A DNA stretch of 10,201 bases, from contig JBDKSP010000107.1 of the NCBI GenBank assembly GCA_039680575.1, positions 1-10,201 on the forward strand, given 5' to 3'. The translations under genes were made by a program, and so were the position numbers. Position 1 is the first letter of the stretch, and each line of letters starts with the position of its first letter. Source of the stretch: Armatimonadota bacterium (GTDB lineage Bacteria; Armatimonadota; UBA5829; DTLH01). The notes under the pieces are model-generated. The model had not been told where the DNA came from. It saw nothing but the letters and a program-made list of their open reading frames with translations, and ran no database searches. Shown one piece after another: positions 1-7,210 of this stretch.

Positions 1-54
1 ACAGCTATATAAAAGTTCTCTGATGTAGCTTTATCTGTTGATTTTACACTTATA

Positions 55-130
55 CCTGAAACTCTTCCGGAAGATTTTCGGCAACAGACAATATATGATT
101 GGCCGTTAATTAATCAGCCGAAAATCTATA
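55..130 (-). repeat. Palindromic element family B, copy 1 (inverted relative to the copies at 6678 and 10129)
   Basis: CCTGAAACTCTTCCGGAAGATTTTCGGC (55-82) is nearly the reverse complement of 6725-6752 and 10147-10174. AGATTTTCGGC (72-82) and GCCGAAAATCT (117-127) form a perfect inverted repeat around 34 nt. The element ends in TA (129-130). Confidence 0.8.
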
Positions 131-185
131 AATGGCTGTATGGAACGATTGCAACAGCGGTACCAGGAAAACGACAGTATTTCCC

Positions 186-358
186 CAGTTGCATCGGACT
201 GCTTGCTCTCGCATCACCGTAGGTGATGCTGCCGCGACAGCGCTTTCAAAGAAAGCGCGATAGCTGCCGATGCCGGGCTGACAGGCCCGAAAAACAGTGG
301 AAAAGTCAGACGCATGTGCCTCGACACCTCCGGCGTCGGCTTCGGTAGCAAGCAACTG
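186..358. other. Candidate structured non-coding segment (multi-hairpin)
   Basis: Hairpins at 211-229, 240-258, 274-289 and 322-338, enclosed by TGCTTGCT (200-207)/AGCAAGCA (347-354) or CAGTTGC (186-192)/GCAACTG (352-358). No known RNA family recognised. Confidence 0.35.
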
Positions 359-368
359 AACAAGAGGT

Positions 369-572
369 GTCACCCTGAACAAAACGACCCAGAATCGGCT
401 TCAGAGCATCCCAATGCTCAGCTATGATTGTCCTTAACAGACTACTCTCATCTCCCATACTCTTATTGTCGGCATGGGAGGTTTTGGACCCTGAATCAAG
501 TTCAGGGTGACGTGTTGGTTATTCAGGGTGACGTGCTTCCATCCATGATGATGTGCTGGTTGTTCAGGGTGA
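369..572. repeat. REP-like palindrome family A cluster with ~21-nt tandem units
   Basis: TCACCCTGAACAA (370-382) is the exact inverse of TTGTTCAGGGTGA (560-572). Hairpin ACCCTGAA-TCAAG-TTCAGGGT at 488-508. TTCAGGGTGA recurs at 501, 522 and 563, with a degenerate unit at 542. Confidence 0.8.
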
Positions 573-838
573 TATATAATTCTTGCAAGAGTGAACTATT
601 ACCGGAACAGGTCTTGAAAACACATGTCGAAAATAGCTATTATGTCATATTGGAGTACGCATCTACGCGAACTGCAGTTATAGCAAGCTGGAGGCAGGGC
701 TTTCCGGCTATCTTGAAAGCGTGAAGACCGGTGAGCGGGTTATATTAACAGACCGTGGCGGTCGGGCACATTCATCAGGTAAGCAGGAAACCTATGCGTG
801 ATAATAGTTATCAAAAAAGTGCAGGACAATTGTGGAAG

Positions 839-1789
839 ATGCCAAATCTGATTATGCACCGGACGGCGCTTATCATAATCATTATACTTCTAGCCGCACA
901 GATATGTACCGCGCAGGATGCTGTACTCTCGCAGTGCCCGACGCTCAAAAACATAGTTGAAAGCGGCCGGCTGGACCAGATCAAATCTCCATACTTCGAG
1001 GATGTCGCTGAGGCGAGGCAGTTTGCCGCTGAGTGCAGGAAAGTCGCTGCAGAACTCGGCTCCGCCGCACCACTTTCGCCGGACTACGCCAGACTGCGGG
1101 AGCAGGCGGCCATAACGGAGGAGTTTTTGACCGGCGATACTTACCTGCTGGCAACAAGCAAGATCAAGTCCGTCGTAAAGCTGAGAGACTGGGTAAATAT
1201 CCCGCCGCCGCCCGGATTCGTCTATGTAAAAAAATACTCCTCCCAACAGGCGATGCCCCCGGAAGTGTCCCGGATATTCGATTCGCTGAAAGGCGGCGAA
1301 GGGACGAACGTGCGCGGCGTCACCATGCAGGGACGCTTCATCGCGCTAATCGTGGGAGATTACCATGATGAGCTGGAAGATAACCTGGCTCATGAGATGG
1401 TCCACGCATATATAACCATAGCTTCACCAAAACCTCTTCCCAAGTGGTTCCAGGAGTCCACCGCGGTCTACTTTTCGACCGGCAAGGAAAGTAAAATCTA
1501 CGGCAAGACCGGCGACTCCAAAGTGGTGCAGATGACCCTCCCCGAAGACTATAAACAGAAGCTCTACTCACTTCAGTATATCGAGAGCAAGATCGGGCGG
1601 AAGAAACTCTTCGAATTCGTGAAAGAATCCGTCGAGACCGGCAATGTGGACAGCCGTAAAGCTCTCGGGATGAGTCCCAATGCATCACGAAATGAGACAT
1701 CCCCTCCATACCCAATCCTGATCGGAGGTGGAGCCATTATCCTGGCTGCGATAGGATGGCTTATCGCGCACCGTGAACGGGATGACTGA
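839..1789 (+). CDS. Putative secreted zinc metallopeptidase-like protein (gluzincin / peptidase MA-like) with C-terminal membrane anchor
   Basis: Signal-peptide-like MHRTALIIIIILLAAQICTA, then LAHEMVHAY (HEXXH, 1391-1405) followed by PKWFQESTAVYF (candidate third Zn ligand Glu). Hydrophobic C-terminus ILIGGGAIILAAIGWLIA with an HRER tail. Start uncertain: ATG 839 or 854; the ORF is open from 755. Confidence 0.75.
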   Translation: MPNLIMHRTALIIIIILLAAQICTAQDAVLSQCPTLKNIVESGRLDQIKSPYFEDVAEARQFAAECRKVAAELGSAAPLSPDYARLREQAAITEEFLTGDTYLLATSKIKSVVKLRDWVNIPPPPGFVYVKKYSSQQAMPPEVSRIFDSLKGGEGTNVRGVTMQGRFIALIVGDYHDELEDNLAHEMVHAYITIASPKPLPKWFQESTAVYFSTGKESKIYGKTGDSKVVQMTLPEDYKQKLYSLQYIESKIGRKKLFEFVKESVETGNVDSRKALGMSPNASRNETSPPYPILIGGGAIILAAIGWLIAHRERDD

Positions 1790-1906
1790 GGCTGCCATAT
1801 GTTTATACAATTCGCCGTCGAGGGTACGTAATTTCGGCAGCGCATGCAGAATGTCGACCGGACCTGAAAAGTTTCAGCAATAGCCGCTATACGATTGGTT
1901 GTTGAC

Positions 1907-1964
1907 TACAGAGTTTTGGCAGTTGATATAACGAGTAGTAAATATCGTTGTCCGAAACTCTTTA
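1907..1964. repeat. Family B single-hairpin copy
   Basis: TAC-AGAGTTTTGG (1910-1919) ... CCGAAACTCT (1952-1961)-TTA, with 32 nt between the arms. The left end resembles the reverse complement of 6757-6771 (TACAGAGTTTCAGGC). Confidence 0.6.
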
Positions 1965-1992
1965 AGCAGCCAGAAATCTATAGGAGGCAGTG

Positions 1993-2436
1993 GTGAAGGT
2001 GGAATCGGCAACCGGAGGCAATCGTTCTTATTCCCATATGATTGCTACCATCGCTCTTTGCATGGTTATAATCTCGGCGATAATCGGAGGATGCTCTGGC
2101 ACGCGTCCTCATGTTGTCGATGTGGTTCCGGACCGGAGTCCGTCCGTCTCTTCCGTCAGCAGCACCGCGATTCGGATAATGTTCGACCAGCCTATGTCGG
2201 CATCGAGTGTCGAAAACGCTTTCAGCATCTCTCCCAGCGACGGTAAGGAGAATTTCGGTTTCGAATGGACCGGGGACAGATCGGTCACTGTGAAATTTTC
2301 CAAGCCGCTTGCTCCGAACACGACCTATACAATAACAATCGGAACGAGCGCCAGAGGTACAAACAACATCGAGATGTCGGAGCCTTACATTCTGACGTTT
2401 ACTACCAGTGCGGCTAACGCGGAATCCCAGCCTTGA
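1993..2436 (+). CDS. Lipoprotein with bacterial Ig-like domain (Big_5/SbsA-like)
   Basis: AGGAGG at 1982-1987 favours GTG 1993 over 1990. Hydrophobic leader ends in lipobox-like IGGC. The motifs P-V--V-P, I-I-FDQPM---SV, F--PLAPNTTYTITI and Y---FTT are characteristic of Big_5. Confidence 0.8.
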   Translation: MKVESATGGNRSYSHMIATIALCMVIISAIIGGCSGTRPHVVDVVPDRSPSVSSVSSTAIRIMFDQPMSASSVENAFSISPSDGKENFGFEWTGDRSVTVKFSKPLAPNTTYTITIGTSARGTNNIEMSEPYILTFTTSAANAESQP

Positions 2437-3109
2437 CCTGTAGAGCCGCAAGGATGATCTCCACCACACCCTCTATACCTAACTCATCCAGCGTTATGAT
2501 CAGATCGTAGGCCAGCGTATCTTCTATATCCTTGTTATACAGTCTTTTAATGAACTCCGCACGCTCACGGTCGGACTCATGTATTCTGTCGAGAGCCTCC
2601 TCGCGCGACATTTCGCCGTATTTCATAAGGTTTTGGATGCGGAGTTTCTCGCTTGCCACTACCCTTACGTTCAGCGCGCCGGTAAGGAGGAAGTTGGCTC
2701 CCCTGCCGAGTATGATGGCGTTACCATGCCTTGCTACTGCCAGGATGACTCTTGCAAGGTGATGGCTGTAGTAGAACCTGCCGATCTCCTTCTCGCCTGC
2801 AATAGTGCGCGCAAGGATATCGATTTCAGAGATGGTCTTCTCGTCGAAATCCGCCACTATTCTTTGGCTGACATCGGCATTTTTGGCTATTGCATCGACC
2901 AGGTCCTTGTCCCAGAGGCTCCAGCCCAGCCGTTCGGCGAGCCTGCCTGCCACTAACCTGCCGCCGCTTCCGAGCTGCCGGGATACGGTAATCACAGGTC
3001 CCGGCTCTGCCGGTGGCTGCCCGAGCCCCAGGGTGTCCATTACACCCGGCCGGACTCCATGGGATTTCAGCAGTTGCTGATCGACAAGACTGATAATGTC
3101 CTTACGCAT
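2414..3109 (-). CDS. Cytidylate kinase-like family protein (Cytidylate_kin2)
   Basis: VITVSRQLGSGG...LAERLG...D, IILGRGANFLL, SDRERAEFIKRLY, YDLII motifs. RBS GGAGGG 6 nt before ATG 3109. Confidence 0.9.
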   Translation of the reverse strand: MRKDIISLVDQQLLKSHGVRPGVMDTLGLGQPPAEPGPVITVSRQLGSGGRLVAGRLAERLGWSLWDKDLVDAIAKNADVSQRIVADFDEKTISEIDILARTIAGEKEIGRFYYSHHLARVILAVARHGNAIILGRGANFLLTGALNVRVVASEKLRIQNLMKYGEMSREEALDRIHESDRERAEFIKRLYNKDIEDTLAYDLIITLDELGIEGVVEIILAALQVKAGIPR

Positions 3110-3212
3110 CGCGCACCCTCCAGTATAGTACAGATCAATTTACCCTCAAAACAGGCTGTAAAATCCGTAAACATTGTAATAAACAGCACGAAGAACACCA
3201 AACGCTGCAGTA

Positions 3213-3890
3213 TTAAGCCTGTGTCAGCGGGTCGCGCATTCCTGCGGCTTCAAAAGCGGCCAGACGAATCTTGCAGGAGTCGCACTCGCCGCAGGGACTG
3301 TCACCGCCTTTGTAGCAGCTCCAGGTCAGACCGTAATCCAGCCCGAGAGCTGTCCCGGCCTCGACAATCTCGACTTTCGTCATGTTGATGAGCGGCGCTT
3401 CGATTCTAAACCTTATCTTTCCCTCGACGCCCGCCTTCGTAGCAAGGTTCGCCATCGTCTCGAACGCCCGAAGATACTCCTCGCGGCAGTCAGGGTAGCC
3501 GCTGTAGTCTACCTGGTTGGCGCCGATCACTATCGTATCGGCCCCGATAGTCTCGGCGTAGCCCAATGCGAACGACAGGAAGATGGTATTCCTCGCGGGA
3601 ACATAAGTGACGGGGATTTCCTCCGCCATGCCGCTTATGTCTCTGTCGGTCGGGACCTCTATATCGCTCGTGAGCGCGCTTCCGCCCCATTTTCGGAGGT
3701 CAAAGGATATAATGATGTGGTCTTTTACACCCAGCGCACGCCCTACAGCCTTCGCGGCCTCGATTTCGCGCCTGTGACGCTGTCCATAGTCGAAAGTGAG
3801 TGCGTAGATCTCAAAACCCTTGTCTTTTGCTATGGCAGCGGCGGTCGAGCTGTCCAGCCCGCCTGAAAGAAGGACTACGGCGCGTTTCAT
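3213..3890 (-). CDS. queC: 7-cyano-7-deazaguanine synthase
   Basis: SGGLDS PP-loop, YGQRH, TYVPARN, GYPDCR, TWSCY and CGECDSC Zn site. Start ATG 3890 ([11 protein letters not shown]) overlaps the folE2 stop as ATGA. Confidence 0.97.
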   Translation of the reverse strand: MKRAVVLLSGGLDSSTAAAIAKDKGFEIYALTFDYGQRHRREIEAAKAVGRALGVKDHIIISFDLRKWGGSALTSDIEVPTDRDISGMAEEIPVTYVPARNTIFLSFALGYAETIGADTIVIGANQVDYSGYPDCREEYLRAFETMANLATKAGVEGKIRFRIEAPLINMTKVEIVEAGTALGLDYGLTWSCYKGGDSPCGECDSCKIRLAAFEAAGMRDPLTQA

Positions 3891-4699
3891 CTCGGTTGAG
3901 GCTCCTTCAGCCACTCTTCCTGGTAGGCATAGACATTATGGTTGTGGATAGACTCGAAAGTCTCGCACTCCACCTCGAACCATCTGATATGCGGGTTGCC
4001 TCTAAACATCACAACGGCATCGCGGAGCACATCCTCGACGAATTTCGGGTTCTCATAGCCGCGTTCGGTGACATATTTCTCATCAACGCGCTTCAACATG
4101 GGATAGACCTGGTGGCTCGGAAGGCCTTCCAACTGCTCGGCGAGGTCTTCGATCCAGTAGAATATCCCTTTTTCGTAGCGGATACGCGCGTGGATGATTC
4201 CGCGCTGGTTGTGAGCGCCGTATTTCGATATTTCCTTGCTGCACGGGCAGACTGTCGCAACCGGCGCTCCGACTCCCAGGATAAAATCGAACCCTTCGTT
4301 CGTGAGCGAGCCTGTAAACTCGCAGTCGTAGTCAAGCATGCTGCGGCTTTTGGATACCGGCGCAAGTTTCTCGATGAAGTATTTGAACTCCACCGAAATA
4401 TCCGCGCGCTCGGCATGCAGCCGCTTCATAACCTGCTCCAGAATGAGCCTGACTTCGTGCCCGCCGAGCGGTTTTCTGCTCCACTGGGTGACGGACTCGA
4501 CCAGCCTGCTCATGTGCGTGCCCCGATAGTTGTGCGGAAGCTCCACACTGAGCGTAACAGAGGCAAGGACTTCCTGAAACCCGTTATCTCTCTTTTTTAT
4601 CTGAAGCGGAATGTGCAGGTCCTTTATCCCGACGCGCTGGATACGGACTCCGCGCACATCCTTACTCATCGCTAAATCTTTCAGTTCATGATCCGGCAT
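3887..4699 (-). CDS. folE2: GTP cyclohydrolase IB (FolE2)
   Basis: [41 protein letters not shown] and ESIHNH motifs. ATG 4699 chosen because GTG 4738 lies inside the predicted promoter. Confidence 0.95.
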   Translation of the reverse strand: MPDHELKDLAMSKDVRGVRIQRVGIKDLHIPLQIKKRDNGFQEVLASVTLSVELPHNYRGTHMSRLVESVTQWSRKPLGGHEVRLILEQVMKRLHAERADISVEFKYFIEKLAPVSKSRSMLDYDCEFTGSLTNEGFDFILGVGAPVATVCPCSKEISKYGAHNQRGIIHARIRYEKGIFYWIEDLAEQLEGLPSHQVYPMLKRVDEKYVTERGYENPKFVEDVLRDAVVMFRGNPHIRWFEVECETFESIHNHNVYAYQEEWLKEPQPR

Positions 4700-4725
4700 A
4701 TCTATATTAAACAACTCCCGCTCAA

Positions 4726-4754
4726 AGTGTATTCCCACAGCGAATGAGTGTCAA
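4726..4754 (-). promoter_or_regulatory. Sigma70-type promoter for folE2-queC
   Basis: Minus strand TTGACA (4754-4749), 17-nt spacer, TACACT (4731-4726), immediately after the gdhA terminator. Confidence 0.75.
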
Positions 4755-4764
4755 GCACCACATG

Positions 4765-4805
4765 AAAAATGACGGGACACGCCGGTCTGGCATATCCCGT
4801 CATTT
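4765..4805 (-). terminator. Rho-independent terminator of gdhA
   Basis: Minus strand AAATGACGGGATATGCC-AGACC-GGCGTGTCCCGTCATTT-TT. The stem pairs fully (two G-U) only on this strand and ends in a U run ~30-70 nt after the gdhA stop. Confidence 0.85.
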
Positions 4806-4833
4806 ATGAAACAATGAATATTCAACGCTTAGC

Positions 4834-6120
4834 TTACGCCCAGCCGCGCTGTTTCACCGCCTGCGCCACACGGTTGATGGCGATCATATACGCCGCGTCG
4901 CGCATGTAGAGATTCTCGCTGTCGGACAGATCGTTCACCGTAGCGAATGCCGAAGTCATTGCGGAATCCAGCTTCGAGAGGACCTCTTCTTTTCCCCAGA
5001 AGTAGTTGGTGTTACACTGTACCTGCTCGAAATAACTGCAGGTCACACCGCCGGCGTTGGTAAGGAAATCAGGCAGCACGAAAATATTGCGCTTCTTGAT
5101 GACCTCGTCCGCTTCGGGTGTGGTCGGCCCGTTCGATCCTTCCGCGATGATCTTGACCCCAGGTGCGATCTTCTCGACGTTGTCGCGGTTGATCTGGTTC
5201 TCCAGCGCTGCAGGGATCAGTATGTCCACATCCTGCTCCAGCCACTTGTCACCCGGCAGTACTTCGTAGCCGAGGTCCCGTGCCTTGTTCTTGTCGATCC
5301 CACCGAACTTGTCGGAAATCCCCTGCAGTTCTTCGAAGTTTATGCCATCCTTTTTGCGGAATGTATGCGAAGTCTTGTCAGACTGGTCCCAACAGCCGAC
5401 TGATACTACCGTGCCGCCGAGCTGAGTATAGAGCTCCACCGCGTGTTGTGCCACGTTGCCGAACCCCTGTACGCTGGCCGTGGTTTTTTCGGGAGTGAGC
5501 CCCATGACCTTGAGCGCCTCGCGCAAGATGAAGACTACTCCGAAACCGGTCGCCTGTGTGCGTCCCAGCGAACCGCCCATACCGACAGGTTTGCCGGTGA
5601 TAAACCCGGGGCAGCGTCCGCCGTAAATCGTCTCGTATTCGTCCAGCATCCAAAGCATATGCTGTCCGTTTGTCATAACATCGGGCGCCGGCACATCGGT
5701 GATTGGGCCGATGTTCTTAGCAATCTGGCGTATCCAGCCGCGGCAGATCAGTTCCTGCTCACGCATGCTGAGGTTATGCGGATCGCAGACGACGCCGCCC
5801 TTACCTCCGCCCAGCGGGATATCGACCACGGCACACTTCCAGGTCATCCACATCGCGAGTGCGCGCACGGTGTCGATAGTCTCCATCGGGTGAAAACGAA
5901 TACCGCCTTTTGAAGGACCGCGCGCGTCATTGTGCTGAACGCGGAATCCCTTAAAGACTTTGACCTTTCCGTCATCCATGTGTACCGGGATCGTGAACTG
6001 ATACTCCCGCATCGGTTGCCGCAGCAGCTCCCGGACTCCATCGTCCAGTTTTAGCGCAGCCGCAACCTTATCAAACTGAGACTGTGCAACATTAAACGGA
6101 TTATATGACCTGGTTTCCAT
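4834..6120 (-). CDS. gdhA: Glu/Leu/Phe/Val dehydrogenase, most likely glutamate dehydrogenase
   Basis: GPSKGGIRFHP, GGGKGG, DVPAPD, ITGKP--GGSLGR, QGFGNV, AEGSNGPTT and PDFLTNAGGVTCSYFE motifs. ATG 6120 is preceded by GAAAGG; alternative start 6150. Confidence 0.95.
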   Translation of the reverse strand: METRSYNPFNVAQSQFDKVAAALKLDDGVRELLRQPMREYQFTIPVHMDDGKVKVFKGFRVQHNDARGPSKGGIRFHPMETIDTVRALAMWMTWKCAVVDIPLGGGKGGVVCDPHNLSMREQELICRGWIRQIAKNIGPITDVPAPDVMTNGQHMLWMLDEYETIYGGRCPGFITGKPVGMGGSLGRTQATGFGVVFILREALKVMGLTPEKTTASVQGFGNVAQHAVELYTQLGGTVVSVGCWDQSDKTSHTFRKKDGINFEELQGISDKFGGIDKNKARDLGYEVLPGDKWLEQDVDILIPAALENQINRDNVEKIAPGVKIIAEGSNGPTTPEADEVIKKRNIFVLPDFLTNAGGVTCSYFEQVQCNTNYFWGKEEVLSKLDSAMTSAFATVNDLSDSENLYMRDAAYMIAINRVAQAVKQRGWA

Positions 6121-6445
6121 ATATTTCGGCCTTTCTTTGTCGATTGCCATCAGGCAGATGCTTTTCGTCCAAGAGAATGTGAATACAATGAGGGTGTTTT
6201 ACCACTTGTGGTATTGGCCTTCGGTCTTTTGCTACATATGCCGGAGAGGTTTGGGTTCTCTCCGCCGCCAACCGCAGAGCTGCGGCTGGAAGATAAACGT
6301 GTTCTTCCTGAACATCATTAAAGACCGAGATAGGTGCACTGCGGCACCTGCGGTGCTTGTCCACGATCTTCATCACGTCCATCGAATCGACTTCAGGCTT
6401 ACAGGAGCATATCTTACCTGTAACTTCGTCGGTACTCAGAGACAT
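6101..6445 (-). pseudogene. Truncated NuoE/HoxE-like (NADH oxidoreductase subunit E) N-terminal remnant
   Basis: Strong RBS (GAGGAGTAGGAG) before ATG 6445. IVDKH...SAPISVFNDVQEEHVYLPAAALRLAAERTQTSPAYV matches the NuoE N-terminal helical pattern (L--vQe--gYLp--al--vAe-----a-V). The following VATFY motif and [2Fe-2S] cysteines are absent. Confidence 0.55.
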
Positions 6446-6677
6446 TTTCTCCTACTCCTCGCAAACTCTCGTGTGGTAATGTCTATTGAGGCTCGATGGG
6501 GTACGTATAGGAGGTTCTTCGCAATTAAATGCTGCTTGCCGGAACTCCGTGAGTTCCATTCGACTTGAACTCAGCTTCGTTGCTAAGAACACCACAGGTA
6601 CCTACCTGATGGATATTGTCCAACATCCCCTGCCTCATTGCAGGAACAACTACCACGTTGTATAAGGCCAAACGGCC

Positions 6678-6771
6678 TGCAGATTTTCGGTATTTTCTTA
6701 ACAGCCAACCGTATACCAGCTATAGCCGAAAATCTTCCGGGAAAGTTTCAGGTAATGCCTGAAACTCTGTA
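6678..6771 (+). repeat. Family B double-hairpin copy 2
   Basis: AGATTTTCGG (6681-6690), 35 nt, CCGAAAATCT (6726-6735), linker TCCGGGAA, then AGTTTCAGG-TAATG-CCTGAAACT (6744-6766) and CTGTA. Confidence 0.85.
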
Positions 6772-6969
6772 ATAAAGACCTGTATCCGGCGGGGTTTCCA
6801 AACCCGGTACAGCCAAAAACCCGCTCGGATGCATTCGGTACTGTCAGTATACCCGCTAGCCTGTTCAGTGTCAACGTATTACGCGCGGCAACAAGTAAAA
6901 TATTACACAAAATTTGGGCAGTCGATAGCCGGTACGGCTGAAGGAAGGTAGAACAGGTTGTAAACACCC

Positions 6970-7069
6970 TAAAGAGTTTTGGGTTTGAGCATAAAACCAA
7001 CAGATGCAGCATTATCAGTGACTGGTTATGTGTCCGCAGGATTGTTATATCATTGCCTGAAACTCCATA
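6970..7069. repeat. Family B single-hairpin copy with long loop
   Basis: TAAA-GAGTTTTGGG (6974-6983), 72 nt, CCTGAAACTC (7056-7065)-CATA. The arms pair with two G-T wobbles. Confidence 0.5.
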
Positions 7070-7210
7070 GCCAGTATTCCGCCTGACAATTGCCGGGGGG
7101 CTTCTGAGCTTTCATGAACAATTATGGCGGGTAATACTGGGATGGCGCTGTGTTGATGATTAAAATGCAACAGGCACTCCTGCATTGTCGCTTATTGAAG
7201 CTGTAACGGC

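Noticed and set aside
1..22. Degenerate left arm for family B copy 1
   Set aside because: Only about 15 of 23 positions match the inverse of 117-139 in AT-rich sequence; not secure enough to extend the feature.
110..382. 90-aa minus-strand ORF
   Set aside because: Begins and ends inside repeat elements, has no RBS or recognisable motif.
485..572. Possible mini CRISPR array
   Set aside because: The period is only ~21 nt with ~10-nt variable parts, far too short for repeat plus spacer; no cas genes.
428..724. 98-aa ORF with repeated QGDVL
   Set aside because: The peptide repeat is just the translation of the 21-nt tandem DNA repeat; TTG start with no RBS.
3122..3149. TTGAGG-16-TATACT promoter for the kinase-like gene
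   Set aside because: The -10 directly abuts the RBS, so the transcript would lose it, and the spacing is suboptimal.
3213..3890. QueC as part of an anti-phage system (QatABCD, type IV CBASS, Dpd)
   Set aside because: Canonical length and motifs, housekeeping neighbours, and no TatD, TGT-like, cyclase or DpdA gene in the window.
3800..4675. 291-aa ORF on the + strand
   Set aside because: Antisense shadow of folE2 with no recognisable motifs.
4700..4760. preQ1 riboswitch ahead of folE2-queC
   Set aside because: No preQ1 stem-loop plus A-rich tail; the space is taken by the promoter.
6446..6700. Glutamine (glnA) or other riboswitch upstream of gdhA
   Set aside because: Only an isolated AGCAACG and small hairpins (6541-6557, 6665-6678); the conserved core of no known riboswitch was found.
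6698..7012. 104-aa minus-strand ORF (and other short ORFs overlapping assigned genes)
   Set aside because: Runs through palindromic repeats or lies in alternative frames of well-supported genes; no protein-like motifs.
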